Positions 36,539-45,800 are shown, counted from the stretch's first letter. The stretch is DNA of 64,000 nt from an uncultured Pseudobdellovibrionaceae bacterium (GCA_964628445.1 CAZVOP010000004.1:9635-73634), one strand, 5' to 3'. Notes: generated by a model from the sequence alone, not told the origin. Translations and numbers: made by a program.

Positions 36539-37790
36539 GGATTTCCTCAGCCGCGCGGTGGGCGCTGCGAATCGCACCATGGACCGTGCCCGCAGAGCCG
36601 TCCGACATGGTCGCTTCGCCCGCGAAGAATAAAGTGCGATCGACCGGTTTTGCCAACTCATCGCGCGCGTTTTGGCCTCCGACTTTGACATAAGAGTACG
36701 CGCCAAGCGAATGCTCATCGTGAATCCAGTCGTGATAATGCCATTCTTCCAGCTCGGCCGAGATGTCTTTTTTGCCGGTGATCAGCGCGAGCTCTTGAAG
36801 AGCTTCGCCTAGAATCTCTTCGCGCTTCTTGTTTTTAAAATGGTCGGCGCGCCGTCCGCCCGACCACGAGGTGATGACGCACTTGTTTTCCCAGTCCCAA
36901 CTCCAGCGTGCGCCGAACGGAAGTTCGGGTGAATGTACAAAATGAATATTGCCGGGGGTGCGCGGCCATAAAGGCTTGCGGAAAACCAAAACCAATTTGT
37001 GCACCGGTCCCAGGGGAAGCTGTTTTGCGGCTTGGCGGTGCTTAAGGATGTCCGGTGAGAACGAGATGTGAAGGGGGTTGGTCGCTTCAAGATTGAAGTG
37101 CGGAGTGGGTAAAGTGATCAGCATGGCCTCGGCCAGTGCATTTTCACCAAGAGGTGCGATCTCCGCGCTCACGCGGCCTTGTTGCCACCGCACTTCGGTG
37201 ACGCGTGACTCGAGCAGGATCCGCACGCCCAATTTGCGGAGCTCGTTTTCAAGTTTGCGCACCAAATGAGTGTAGCCGCTGAGCAAGCGCGAAGCCTCCA
37301 GCGCATCTTTTGGGGCCCGTGCATTTTCTTGCTTGAACGCGGCGGCGCTCATTTCATCCGCATAAGCGGCATTAAATCCTTCGACGAAATTGTCGATTAA
37401 GGCTTTGGTGCGCGGTGGGCCTTTAAATTTTTCGATTTCTTCGCGCATGCTGATGTCGGGATCGTGCATTTTGAGGCCGTGGCTAAATTTTTCGATCTGG
37501 TCCCATAGGCTCTGGGCCTCATGAAGTTCTTGTTGCCAATACACCTCTTGGGATTCTTCGAGCTTCACGGTTTCATGCTCTTTGTCGTCGAGCAGCTCGA
37601 AGGTCTCTTGCGGATTGCCGTGAATGAATTCCGGTCCCAGCTCGATCGCGACACCTTGTGAATAGGTGGTGAGAATGCGCCCGCCAAGACGTGCCCGCGC
37701 TTCAATGAGGGTGACGTCCCAGTCGTTTTTGGCAAGATCTCGCGCGCCGATGAGGCCTGCGATTCCGCCTCCGATCACAATGCATTTCAT
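36522..37790 (-). CDS. Flavin-containing amine oxidase (cytoplasmic)
   Basis: MKCIVIGGGIAGLIGARDLAK...VTLIEARARLGGRI, plus the C-terminal FFAGEATM. The 3' end overlaps the receptor gene by 17 nt. Confidence 0.85.
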   Translation of the reverse strand: MKCIVIGGGIAGLIGARDLAKNDWDVTLIEARARLGGRILTTYSQGVAIELGPEFIHGNPQETFELLDDKEHETVKLEESQEVYWQQELHEAQSLWDQIEKFSHGLKMHDPDISMREEIEKFKGPPRTKALIDNFVEGFNAAYADEMSAAAFKQENARAPKDALEASRLLSGYTHLVRKLENELRKLGVRILLESRVTEVRWQQGRVSAEIAPLGENALAEAMLITLPTPHFNLEATNPLHISFSPDILKHRQAAKQLPLGPVHKLVLVFRKPLWPRTPGNIHFVHSPELPFGARWSWDWENKCVITSWSGGRRADHFKNKKREEILGEALQELALITGKKDISAELEEWHYHDWIHDEHSLGAYSYVKVGGQNARDELAKPVDRTLFFAGEATMSDGSAGTVHGAIRSAHRAAEEILKSFA

Positions 37791-37828
37791 GGTTCAAAAA
37801 ACTCCCGTAAGAAGGACCATAAACGTGG

Positions 37829-38704
37829 TTATGCAAAGGGTTTGCCGTCCTTCCACTTCGTCCACATCAGTTGATTGTGGACGCGGCAAAGGCAGCGAAG
37901 ATTCTCTGGCCCATTTCCACCACCCATTGATTTTGGGCGAATATGATCGGTTTCAATCCTAAACCGTGATCCGCACACGCGACCCGTTTGTGGATCTTTA
38001 TATTCACAGCGGCCTTCGGCCTTTTGGATCGTCACTCTTCGTGCGGACTTCGTGACGCGCTGTTTAGCCGGAGCGGCAGTGGCGGGCTTTTGCGTGAGTG
38101 GATCCTTGCGCTTAACAAAGTCCTTGGCGAGATAGGAAACGATATCTTTGAACGTCGCATCGGGCAGGGTATGCGAAAGCAATTCCCTCGCACGCTCCAA
38201 GTTTTGCATATCCTCATTCGACAGATTTAAGCTCAGGCGGATGGTTTGATCGTCAATCACCGTTTTGTGCTCCAGGCGGATCGTCGCGGCAGCTTCTGGA
38301 AACAATCCCAAAAGCGTTTGTTCGGTCTCAAGGCCCGACTTGTTCTCGATCTGTTCAATGGCTTGCATTTTATCTTCTGTAGATAATTTGACGCCGGTCT
38401 TTTCTTGCGCACGGAAGACGGTTTGTGCGCGTGAAATATTGGTCAGGTTGGTCGCGCCGCTTTCGAGCTTGTCTGATATGGACGGAATGCTTCGCAAAAG
38501 ACGCGCGGCTTGAATTCTTCTTTGCGCGGCACTTTCAGAATATCCATGCCCGCGCGTCAGCCAATCAAATAGGCTGGAAAAGCCAAGCTCAAGATGAAGC
38601 TTTCGGTCTTCCGAAAAAACAATGTCGCGCAAGATAGCATTGGTGATCTTGCGTTCGGATCTTACTTTGTGGGCGAATTGGTCGTTGAATTGATGAGCGT
38701 TCAT
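37829..38704 (-). CDS. HNH endonuclease (DUF222-like N-terminal region)
   Basis: GGAGGG lies 4 nt upstream of ATG 38704. The C-terminal CEYKD...VCGS...ETDHIRPKSMGGGNGPENLRCLCRVHN is the HNH motif with Cys pairs. Confidence 0.8.
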   Translation of the reverse strand: MNAHQFNDQFAHKVRSERKITNAILRDIVFSEDRKLHLELGFSSLFDWLTRGHGYSESAAQRRIQAARLLRSIPSISDKLESGATNLTNISRAQTVFRAQEKTGVKLSTEDKMQAIEQIENKSGLETEQTLLGLFPEAAATIRLEHKTVIDDQTIRLSLNLSNEDMQNLERARELLSHTLPDATFKDIVSYLAKDFVKRKDPLTQKPATAAPAKQRVTKSARRVTIQKAEGRCEYKDPQTGRVCGSRFRIETDHIRPKSMGGGNGPENLRCLCRVHNQLMWTKWKDGKPFA

Positions 38705-39075
38705 ATTTCCCTCCGTCGAATGAAACATAACACTTGTTTTGAAATCGGCATTTTGCGCATGAGGATTCGTTATGCGTTCATCTTCGAAATTGTTTACGAA
38801 GCTTGATAGATTTTATTTAGAAATTGTTTTAGCGGGCTATTGCGAAGTTAAATCTATGATTCTGAGGAGTTCTTTACGGGGGAGTGAGAAAATGAAAATC
38901 ATCAAAAAACGGCGTCAAATATTTTGTCTTTCCTAACGCAGCGTTTAGCCGCTACGGCAGTAGATCTTCATGCGCGAAGATTATCCGTCCTTGCGAGACC
39001 TTTCTGCCGCCCGTCCGGGGCGTCAGAGAGTGAGGCAAAATCTGATTTTTTATGGTTTAAAAAAGCCGGGCGCCC

Positions 39076-39318
39076 TTAAACTTCCCCATCATTCCCAATC
39101 GCCTCAACCGGGCAGCTCTCCATCGCCTCCCGGCAACGCGCCTCCTCTTCGGGAGTCGAAGGCTGTTTGGACACAAAAGCATGTCCTTGAGAATCTTCAA
39201 TGTTCATAACGAAGTGATCGGGCGCGCACAAAACGCAGGCGTCGCAGGAAATGCATTCGCGGTCGACGTAATATCGTCCCGGAGTGTTGTCCTCGTACTT
39301 TTGCTCTTTGTTCGCCAT
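39076..39318 (-). CDS. Ferredoxin (single Fe-S cluster type)
   Basis: YYVDRECISCDACVLCAPD...CREAMESCPVEAI gives CxxCxxC...CP. ATG 39318 is preferred to TTG 39327. Confidence 0.8.
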   Translation of the reverse strand: MANKEQKYEDNTPGRYYVDRECISCDACVLCAPDHFVMNIEDSQGHAFVSKQPSTPEEEARCREAMESCPVEAIGNDGEV

Positions 39319-39394
39319 GATCTTCAATTAAATCACAATCAAGAAGGTGTCATCTTGTCTTTTCAAGCATAAGGCGCTAACCCTTGGAAACTCT

Positions 39395-40966
39395 ATGACT
39401 TACGAAGAAGAAGTACTCCGGCGAAGAACCTTCGCCATCATCTCCCACCCGGATGCGGGGAAGACCACCATTACCGAGAAAATTCTCTGGCTGGGCAAGG
39501 TCATACGCGAGGCGGGCGCAGTGCACGGAAAAGCGGGCACCAAGAAGGCGACCTCCGACTGGATGACGCTTGAGCAGCAACGTGGGGTTTCGATCACCTC
39601 TTCGGTCATGCAGTTCGATTACAAAGGCCTAAGGGTCAATCTTCTCGATACTCCCGGCCACAAAGATTTTAGCGAAGACACGTACCGCACGCTGATCGCC
39701 GCCGATTGCGCGGCCATGCTGATTGACGCCGCCAAAGGGGTCGAGAATCAAACGCGCAAACTTTATGAGGTCTGCCGTCTCAGGCGAATTCCGATTTTCA
39801 CCTTTGCCAACAAGATGGACCGCGAAGGTAAAGATCCACTTGAGCTAATCGACGACGTCGAAAGCACCCTCGGCATCAAATGCTATCCCGTCACCTGGCC
39901 GATCGGAATCGGCGACAGGTTCAAAGGACTTTATCACCGCCTAAGAAAAGAACTGCTGCTTTATGAAAAAGGGCGGGTCGAAGCGGAAGTTGTCAAAGTC
40001 GAGGGTTGGAGCGACCCGAAGATCCAAGAGATCGTCGGCCAAGAGTTCTTCGATAAGCTGCAAGAAGAGATGGAACTGCTTGAGGTCGCCATCGGCGATT
40101 TCGATCACAAAGAGTTTATGGCCGGCCAGGTTTCGCCGATGACTTTCGGCTCGGCCAAACAGAACTGGGGCGTCGATATCTTCTTGGAACTCTTCGCCGA
40201 CTATTCGCCTCCTCCGGGGGATCGCAATAGCACGATCGGCACGATTCATCCCACCGACAAAAAGTTCACCGGCTTTATTTTTAAAATCCAAGCCAACATG
40301 GATAAAAATCACCGCGACCGCGTGGCTTTCTTAAGAATCTGCTCCGGCCAATTTGAGCGCGGCATGAAGGTGCATCACACCCGTCTCGACCGCGAACTGA
40401 GGCTCGCTTACGCCAACACCTTTATGGCGCGTGAGCGTGAAACCGTCGATGCAGCCTATCCGGGCGATATCGTGGGGCTGATCGACACCGGCTATTTTCA
40501 AATTGGCGATGCGATCACCTCGGGCAAAGCCTTGATGTTCGATCCCATCCCGCGGTTTTCGCCCGAAATTTTTGGCCGCCTCAGCATTAAGGATCCGTTA
40601 AAGAGAAAGACACTCGCCAAAGGGGTCCAACAGCTGGCCGAAGAAGGAACGATCCAACTTCTTTACGATCCGGTTTACGGCAAGCAAGATCCTATCGTGG
40701 GCGTTGTGGGCGAATTGCAATTCGAAGTGTTGCTGTTCCGCCTCAATGAGGAATATCAGCTGGAAGTTCGGCTGGATCGACTGCCTTTTACGACGGCCCG
40801 TTGGCCCTATGATAAAGAGGGAAAGTCGCCCTCGGCGATAAATGGCGGCGGGAAGCTCTACATGGACGAAAGTGACCGGCCTGTCGTGCTTTTGGAGAAG
40901 GAATGGGATCTCAATTGGTTAAAGAAAGAGAATCCCCAGCTCGAGTTCCGCATTACCGCCACATAA
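39395..40966 (+). CDS. prfC: Peptide chain release factor 3
   Basis: RRTFAIISHPDAGKTTITEK (G1), DTPGH (G3) and NKMD (G4) are present. The start at ATG 39395 gives the canonical RF3 N-terminus. Confidence 0.93.
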   Translation: MTYEEEVLRRRTFAIISHPDAGKTTITEKILWLGKVIREAGAVHGKAGTKKATSDWMTLEQQRGVSITSSVMQFDYKGLRVNLLDTPGHKDFSEDTYRTLIAADCAAMLIDAAKGVENQTRKLYEVCRLRRIPIFTFANKMDREGKDPLELIDDVESTLGIKCYPVTWPIGIGDRFKGLYHRLRKELLLYEKGRVEAEVVKVEGWSDPKIQEIVGQEFFDKLQEEMELLEVAIGDFDHKEFMAGQVSPMTFGSAKQNWGVDIFLELFADYSPPPGDRNSTIGTIHPTDKKFTGFIFKIQANMDKNHRDRVAFLRICSGQFERGMKVHHTRLDRELRLAYANTFMARERETVDAAYPGDIVGLIDTGYFQIGDAITSGKALMFDPIPRFSPEIFGRLSIKDPLKRKTLAKGVQQLAEEGTIQLLYDPVYGKQDPIVGVVGELQFEVLLFRLNEEYQLEVRLDRLPFTTARWPYDKEGKSPSAINGGGKLYMDESDRPVVLLEKEWDLNWLKKENPQLEFRITAT

Positions 40967-41010
40967 AGTCTTGATCGGTTGAGGGCTTCGTAGTTAGCTT
41001 TCAATTAGGT

Positions 41011-41667
41011 ATGGCACCCAATATTCCCATAACTTCTTCGGTTTTGATCATAGGCGTCGCCGGCGGCAGCGGTTCGGGCAAAACCACGTTTGCGCGCATG
41101 CTGCAGGCCAATTTGGGCGATCATTTTTGCGGCCTTTTGCATCAAGATTCCTATTACCGCGACATGCATGAGTATTTCGACCGCGACGGCGGGCGGGTGA
41201 ATTTTGACCATCCCGATTCAATTGAGTTTGAATTGTTAGTTCGCCATCTGAAGCAACTCAAAACGGGCGAAGACATTCAGGTGCCGAATTACGACTTTAC
41301 GTCCCATCGCAGGCTGTTTGAGGCGACCGTGTTTCCGTGCCGGCCGGTGATTATCCTGGATGGCATTTTGTTGCTGACACAAAGTGAATTGCGCCCCCTT
41401 TTGGATTTCGCCTTCTTCGTCGAGACTCAAGAAGACTTGCGCTTTCAACGCCGTCTGCAGCGCGATGTGCGCGAGCGCGCGCGGACTCCGGAAGGTGTGC
41501 GCGAGCAATTCTTCAATCACGTTAAGCCTATGCACGATTTATTCGTCGATCCGTCGCGCAAATTCGCCGACCGCATCGTCAGCGGCGAGAAAAGCTTCGG
41601 CCCCGTGATCGATGAGGTCGTCTTCGGTCTTCAGCACCCCAAAGAGGGTGCTATGGTCCTCGCTTAG
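41011..41667 (+). CDS. udk: Uridine kinase
   Basis: IIGVAGGSGSGKTT is the P-loop, and QDSYY is present. 218 aa. Confidence 0.9.
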   Translation: MAPNIPITSSVLIIGVAGGSGSGKTTFARMLQANLGDHFCGLLHQDSYYRDMHEYFDRDGGRVNFDHPDSIEFELLVRHLKQLKTGEDIQVPNYDFTSHRRLFEATVFPCRPVIILDGILLLTQSELRPLLDFAFFVETQEDLRFQRRLQRDVRERARTPEGVREQFFNHVKPMHDLFVDPSRKFADRIVSGEKSFGPVIDEVVFGLQHPKEGAMVLA

Positions 41668-42541
41668 AGGGGTTGCGGAAGCCTTCCGCTTTGCGCTGAA
41701 ATTTTTCATTCAATTTGGCCAAGGTCTCGATCGCCGTGTCGAAGCCGGAAACCAACTTCTGCACCTGCGGCCAATTGGCTTCGAGGCTAGAAATACGGGC
41801 GGCGCCGGCGGTGGCACTTTGCATATCGCGGCTGATGCTCGACAAAGACTGGGCCTGGAGAGAGTAATCGCTAGCAAGCCCGCGCATGTCCTCGAAGATC
41901 TTTTCAGTTTCGGCACGGCCAACCGGCTTGGTCCAATTGTTCAGGATGCCTTCGCCCCGAGTGATTTCCTTTTGCATCTGCTTTTGGTTTTCCTGCGAGG
42001 TGGCGATCGATTTTTGCACGCGAGCCTGGAATTCCGCGACGTCGAAGGTGAAGTAAAGTTTCTTAGTGGCGATGGTGTCGGCCATGGAATTGCTTTCGCG
42101 CGAATAATCGAGCAGGGCTTGGTTTAATTGCTTGGACGCGCTTTCAAAACGTTTTAGCGCTTCGGTGATCAACGGATATTCTTTTTCGTTGCTATACACT
42201 TTCGCGCGTTGGTAGCTGAGCGAAGCGATGTCGCCACTGGCTTCCGTCATCTGCTTTTTTTGTGCATTGATGTCTTGGACTAGGTCGAACATGAGTCTTA
42301 AAGACGCAGCCAAATCTTTATCGGCCTCTTTAAAGGCGGAAGCGCCCGATTTGGACAAGTTGTCGTAGAGAGCCTTTTTTTCGCGGTAATCGTTAGCCGC
42401 CTTTTGCGCGAGGCCCTCGCCCTGCACTAAGTTTTCAGCGAAATTGCGCTGCACTTTGGGAAGTTCATAGACCTCCATGGATGTGCAAGCACTAAGAAGA
42501 AGCAAGAGCGGAAACAACAAAATACATTTGATCATCCTCAT
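41651..42541 (-). CDS. Helical lipoprotein, function unknown
   Basis: Lipobox LLLSAC. The body is Gln/Lys/Glu-rich and looks like coiled coil. The 3' end overlaps udk by 17 nt. Confidence 0.65.
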   Translation of the reverse strand: MRMIKCILLFPLLLLLSACTSMEVYELPKVQRNFAENLVQGEGLAQKAANDYREKKALYDNLSKSGASAFKEADKDLAASLRLMFDLVQDINAQKKQMTEASGDIASLSYQRAKVYSNEKEYPLITEALKRFESASKQLNQALLDYSRESNSMADTIATKKLYFTFDVAEFQARVQKSIATSQENQKQMQKEITRGEGILNNWTKPVGRAETEKIFEDMRGLASDYSLQAQSLSSISRDMQSATAGAARISSLEANWPQVQKLVSGFDTAIETLAKLNEKFQRKAEGFRNPSKRGP

Positions 42542-42641
42542 ATGGTAGGCGCAGGCCGGCCTTGTCTCAACTCAAAATTGGATCATGCGTTATGCCTACT
42601 TAAACGTCGCATCACGCACGTAATTTGATTTGTTATCCCTA

Positions 42642-42658
42642 TGGCACAAGTCTAGCAT
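42642..42658 (+). promoter_or_regulatory. Candidate sigma-54 (-24/-12) promoter TGGCACaagtcTAGCA
   Basis: TGGCAC (42642-42647) is followed by 5 nt and then TAGCA (42653-42657), against the consensus TGGCAC-N5-TTGCA. The invariant GG and GC are correctly spaced. It lies about 46 nt upstream of ATG 42704. Confidence 0.45.
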
Positions 42659-42703
42659 CGTCTTCATAACAAGAACTAGCATCTAATAAATGGAGGATTG
42701 CAC

Positions 42704-42928
42704 ATGTTCAAAATGATTCTTGCTGCCACTGTAGCTATGGGTATGGGTTCGGTAGCTTTCGCTAATGATACGGCTCCCGCAGCCGCTTCGGAAACCACGA
42801 CCACCACTACGACTGAAGAGCACGGCAAAATGGACGTTGGCCATGACAAAAAAGCCGACAAAAAAATGGCTAAGAAGTCGATGAAAAAAGAAGTGAAAAA
42901 AGAAGAAAAGTCGACTGAGTCGCACTAG
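42704..42928 (+). CDS. Small secreted Thr/Lys-rich protein (MXKDX-repeat-like)
   Basis: GGAGG lies 7 nt upstream of ATG 42704. Signal peptide MFKMILAATVAMGMGSVAFA. The mature part is NDTAPAAASETTTTTTTEEHGKMDVGHDKKADKKMAKKSMKKEVKKEEK. A strong terminator follows. Confidence 0.65.
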   Translation: MFKMILAATVAMGMGSVAFANDTAPAAASETTTTTTTEEHGKMDVGHDKKADKKMAKKSMKKEVKKEEKSTESH

Positions 42929-42958
42929 TCTTTGATTTTCAATTTTGATTGAAAGAGG

Positions 42959-42990
42959 AAGGGGGTTTTTAAAACCCCTTTTTTCTTTTG
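42959..42990 (+). terminator. Rho-independent terminator
   Basis: AAGGGGGTTTTTAAAACCCCTT is followed by TTTTCTTTT. The GGGGTT/AACCCC stem has A-T extension and a U-tract. Confidence 0.75.
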
Positions 42991-43032
42991 CGCAACTGAA
43001 GTATCTTTTTCTCCATCAGGGGATCACCTCAA

Positions 43033-43497
43033 TTGCGCTCGGCTCATCCATTTAAACGAAAAGTCATCGGCTGGCGGGAATTCGTGGCCTTACCGGACCT
43101 GGGAATTGCCGCGATCAAAGTCAAAGTCGACAGTGGGGCGCGCACCTCGGCACTTCATGCCACCAAAATCAGATATCTTGAAAAAAGCGACGGACAAACC
43201 TGGGTTTCATTCGTGGTCACCGCGCATTTAAGCCCGCGGCAGTCGTTACGGGTGCGGGCACCTTTAGTTGAGCAGCGCGTGGTGAAGAGCTCAATGGGGC
43301 ATTCTTCCCTGAGGCCGGTGATTCTCACGCATGTGCAACTTGGATCTGAGCTTTGGCCGATCGAGGTCACTTTGGTGAACCGGGATCCGATGGGTTTTCG
43401 TATGCTTTTAGGGCGACAGGCATTAAAAGGTAAATTTTTAGTTCACCCGGCACGCAGTTTCATTCAGTCTAAAGATACCCCGAGAGAGTCATCATGA
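43033..43497 (+). CDS. RimK-associated retropepsin-like protease (COG4067, RimB-like)
   Basis: TTG start. [14 protein letters not shown]...[15 protein letters not shown] contains a DSG aspartic-protease-like site. This family normally accompanies rimK. Confidence 0.8.
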   Translation: MRSAHPFKRKVIGWREFVALPDLGIAAIKVKVDSGARTSALHATKIRYLEKSDGQTWVSFVVTAHLSPRQSLRVRAPLVEQRVVKSSMGHSSLRPVILTHVQLGSELWPIEVTLVNRDPMGFRMLLGRQALKGKFLVHPARSFIQSKDTPRESS

Positions 43498-44399
43498 AAA
43501 TCGGCATCCTTTCGCAAAATACCGCGTTGTACTCGACCTCACGTTTAGTGGAGGCGGCCGAAAAGCGCGGACACCAGGTTGAAGTTATCGATCCGCTTCT
43601 TTGTTACATGGACATCACCAGCCATCGTCCATCGGTTTATTATCGCAGCCGGAAGCTTGATGATTTCGACGCGATCATTCCGCGCATCGGGGCTTCGATC
43701 ACCTTTTACGCGACGGCGGTTCTTCGCCAGTTTGAGATGATGGGCGTTTATTGCGTGAATGAATCGGTGGCGATCTCAAGATCGCGCGACAAGTTGCGCG
43801 CACTCCAGCTGTTGGCGCGAAAGGGGATCGGGATGCCGGTCTCAGGCTTCGCGCATTCAACGAAGATGAGCTCCGAATTGATTAAACTTGTCGGTGGCGC
43901 ACCACTGGTCATTAAGCTTCTTGAAGGAACACAAGGTAAAGGCGTGGTGCTGGCCGAAACGCAACAGGCGGCCGAGAGTGTGATCGATGCTTTCCGCGAT
44001 CTCGACCAATATTTTTTAGTGCAAGAATTTATTAAAGAGGCCGACGGTGCCGATATCCGTTGCTTCGTGGTGGGTGGCAAGGTTGTCGCGGCCATGATGA
44101 GAAAGGCGAAAACCGGGGATTTCCGCTCGAATCTGCATCGTGGGGGATCGGCCAGTACGGTCAAGCTCACGCCGGAAGAAAGAAAAACGGCGACTCGGGC
44201 GGCGTCGGCCATGGGCTTAAATGTTTCCGGTGTCGATATCTTGCGTTCGAAGCATGGGCCACTGGTGATCGAAGTGAATTCATCCCCGGGCTTGGAAGGC
44301 ATTGAAAAGTCGACCGGCAAAGATGTCGCCGCCGAAGTCATTGGCTACATCGAGAAAAACGCGAAACCGCATCACAATCAAACCAAGGGAAAAGGATGA
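43494..44399 (+). CDS. rimK: Ribosomal protein S6 L-glutamate ligase (ATP-grasp)
   Basis: [41 protein letters not shown] is nearly collinear with E. coli RimK. The start overlaps the upstream stop (ATGA). Confidence 0.92.
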   Translation: MKIGILSQNTALYSTSRLVEAAEKRGHQVEVIDPLLCYMDITSHRPSVYYRSRKLDDFDAIIPRIGASITFYATAVLRQFEMMGVYCVNESVAISRSRDKLRALQLLARKGIGMPVSGFAHSTKMSSELIKLVGGAPLVIKLLEGTQGKGVVLAETQQAAESVIDAFRDLDQYFLVQEFIKEADGADIRCFVVGGKVVAAMMRKAKTGDFRSNLHRGGSASTVKLTPEERKTATRAASAMGLNVSGVDILRSKHGPLVIEVNSSPGLEGIEKSTGKDVAAEVIGYIEKNAKPHHNQTKGKG

Positions 44400-45361
44400 G
44401 CTGGGATACCGCTGACCAGGCATTGGCCAAACTGCGCGAGAAAAACTGCGCGCATTGGGAGGGCTACTTAGGATTTTATTCAAGCTGGTTGGAGGGTTAT
44501 TTTCGGGAGCCGTGGGCGATGATGCTGCCCATGGACGATCATGGATTTCATCGCGGCGACGCGGTTTTTGAAGCGGCCCGTATTCATGAAGGCGCTTTTA
44601 TCGACCTGCAAGCGCATCTTCAGCGTCTTGAGCGCTCGAGCCGGGCGATCGGCCTTAAACTTCCAAAGACCGTGACCGAAATCGAAGGCATCGTTTTAGA
44701 ATTGGCCAGAAAGGCCGGCGCCTCATCCGGGATCTTACGTTTGTATGTCACGCGCGGTCCCGGTGGGTTTTCGCCAAGCACCGCGGAAGTGATCGGGCAC
44801 CAAATTTATGCCGCGATCACCAAGATCAAGCCGCCCGATCCGCGCCGCTATGAAGAGGGCGTGCGCGCCATGTTCAGCACCGTTCCCGCCAAAGAGCCGT
44901 TTTGGAGCCAGATCAAGTCTTGCAACTATTTGCAAAACGTCCTGATGAAAATGGAGTCCAACAGCAAAGGTTTCGACTTTCCGATCTCCATTTCTCCCAG
45001 CGGCACGCTGTGCGAAGGTGCCACCGAAAACATGATGATTTTCACTAAAAATAAGAACCTCGTGGTTCCGCACTTCGATTACACCTTGCGTGGAACGACG
45101 GTTTCTGAAGTCATGCGTATCGCCGAAGCGATGAAAGCCACCGGCGAAGTGCGCAGCGTGAGCCTGGCCGATCTGAAAAAGGAAGACCTGCTTGAGGCCC
45201 AAGAAGCCGCGTTTGTCGGAACGACGTTGGGCGTACTGCCAATCGGTTCGGTCGAGGGTCAACCCATTGGCAGTGGCCGGGCCGGCCCCTTGATGACCTA
45301 TCTTCATCAGCAATTGATGAAAAAGATGGCATCTGATCCGCAATTGCGCACGGTCTTCTAA
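44396..45361 (+). CDS. Aminotransferase class IV (BCAT/D-amino-acid aminotransferase/ADC lyase fold)
   Basis: [27 protein letters not shown] and [11 protein letters not shown] (catalytic Lys) are present. The start overlaps the rimK stop (ATGA). Confidence 0.85.
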   Translation: MSWDTADQALAKLREKNCAHWEGYLGFYSSWLEGYFREPWAMMLPMDDHGFHRGDAVFEAARIHEGAFIDLQAHLQRLERSSRAIGLKLPKTVTEIEGIVLELARKAGASSGILRLYVTRGPGGFSPSTAEVIGHQIYAAITKIKPPDPRRYEEGVRAMFSTVPAKEPFWSQIKSCNYLQNVLMKMESNSKGFDFPISISPSGTLCEGATENMMIFTKNKNLVVPHFDYTLRGTTVSEVMRIAEAMKATGEVRSVSLADLKKEDLLEAQEAAFVGTTLGVLPIGSVEGQPIGSGRAGPLMTYLHQQLMKKMASDPQLRTVF

Positions 45362-45422
45362 AGTCTTGCTTTTTTACAATCGGACATCTAGATCTGACTG
45401 ATCAGACTAAGAAGGAGACATC

Positions 45423-45656
45423 ATGAAAAGACTTTTAGTTCTCGCATCCGTACTCGCTGCGGCGACGCTTATGAATGGTTGCTCGAAATGCAGCCGCGAA
45501 GCTCCGGTTGAACCGCCTCCCGTGGTTGAACCTGTGCCGACAGCTCCCGCGACCGACGACCAAGCCGCTCCGCCGGAAACTTTGCCTACAGATTCAGCAC
45601 CTGCTGACAGTACGGCACAGCCTCCGGCTAATGGCACGGCTCCCGCCGGTAAATAG
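45423..45656 (+). CDS. Small Pro/Ala-rich lipoprotein
   Basis: GAAGGAG RBS and lipobox LMNGC. The mature part is about 55 aa and low-complexity. Confidence 0.6.
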   Translation: MKRLLVLASVLAAATLMNGCSKCSREAPVEPPPVVEPVPTAPATDDQAAPPETLPTDSAPADSTAQPPANGTAPAGK

Positions 45657-45733
45657 TTTTGTTCAAAGTAGTGGGGGGGATCGTCCCCCTCATTAGCTTA
45701 CTGCAGCATAGTCATTCATATGCGAAAGCGGAA

Positions 45734-45760
45734 TTGACACGCTTTCGTTTCTCTTAGAAT
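45734..45760 (+). promoter_or_regulatory. Possible sigma-70 promoter for hppA (TTGACA-15 nt-TAGAAT)
   Basis: TTGACA (45734-45739) sits in the loop of the inverted repeat CGAAAGCG/CGCTTTCG. TAGAAT is at 45755-45760. The 15-nt spacer is shorter than optimal. Confidence 0.3.
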
Positions 45761-45800
45761 TTACGCGTGCACACATTTAGAACGTTAGAGGAGTATTGAG

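Noticed and set aside
39040-39075. A possible terminator after the ferredoxin gene on the minus strand (GGGCGCCCGGC followed by TTTTTT).
   Set aside because: A T-run is present, but the GC-rich segment can form only a 3-4 bp stem with too small a loop. This is not convincing without folding energy calculations.
38970-39209. A 79-aa plus-strand ORF overlapping the ferredoxin gene.
   Set aside because: It is antisense to a clear CxxCxxC...CP ferredoxin. It is Pro/Ser-rich and low-complexity.
42676-42925. Two minus-strand ORFs (61 and 80 aa) opposite the small secreted protein gene.
   Set aside because: The plus-strand ORF has GGAGG, a signal peptide, a candidate promoter and a terminator. The minus-strand products are homopolymer-like (a poly-Val run, or Phe/His-rich) and arise from the Thr and Lys codon runs.
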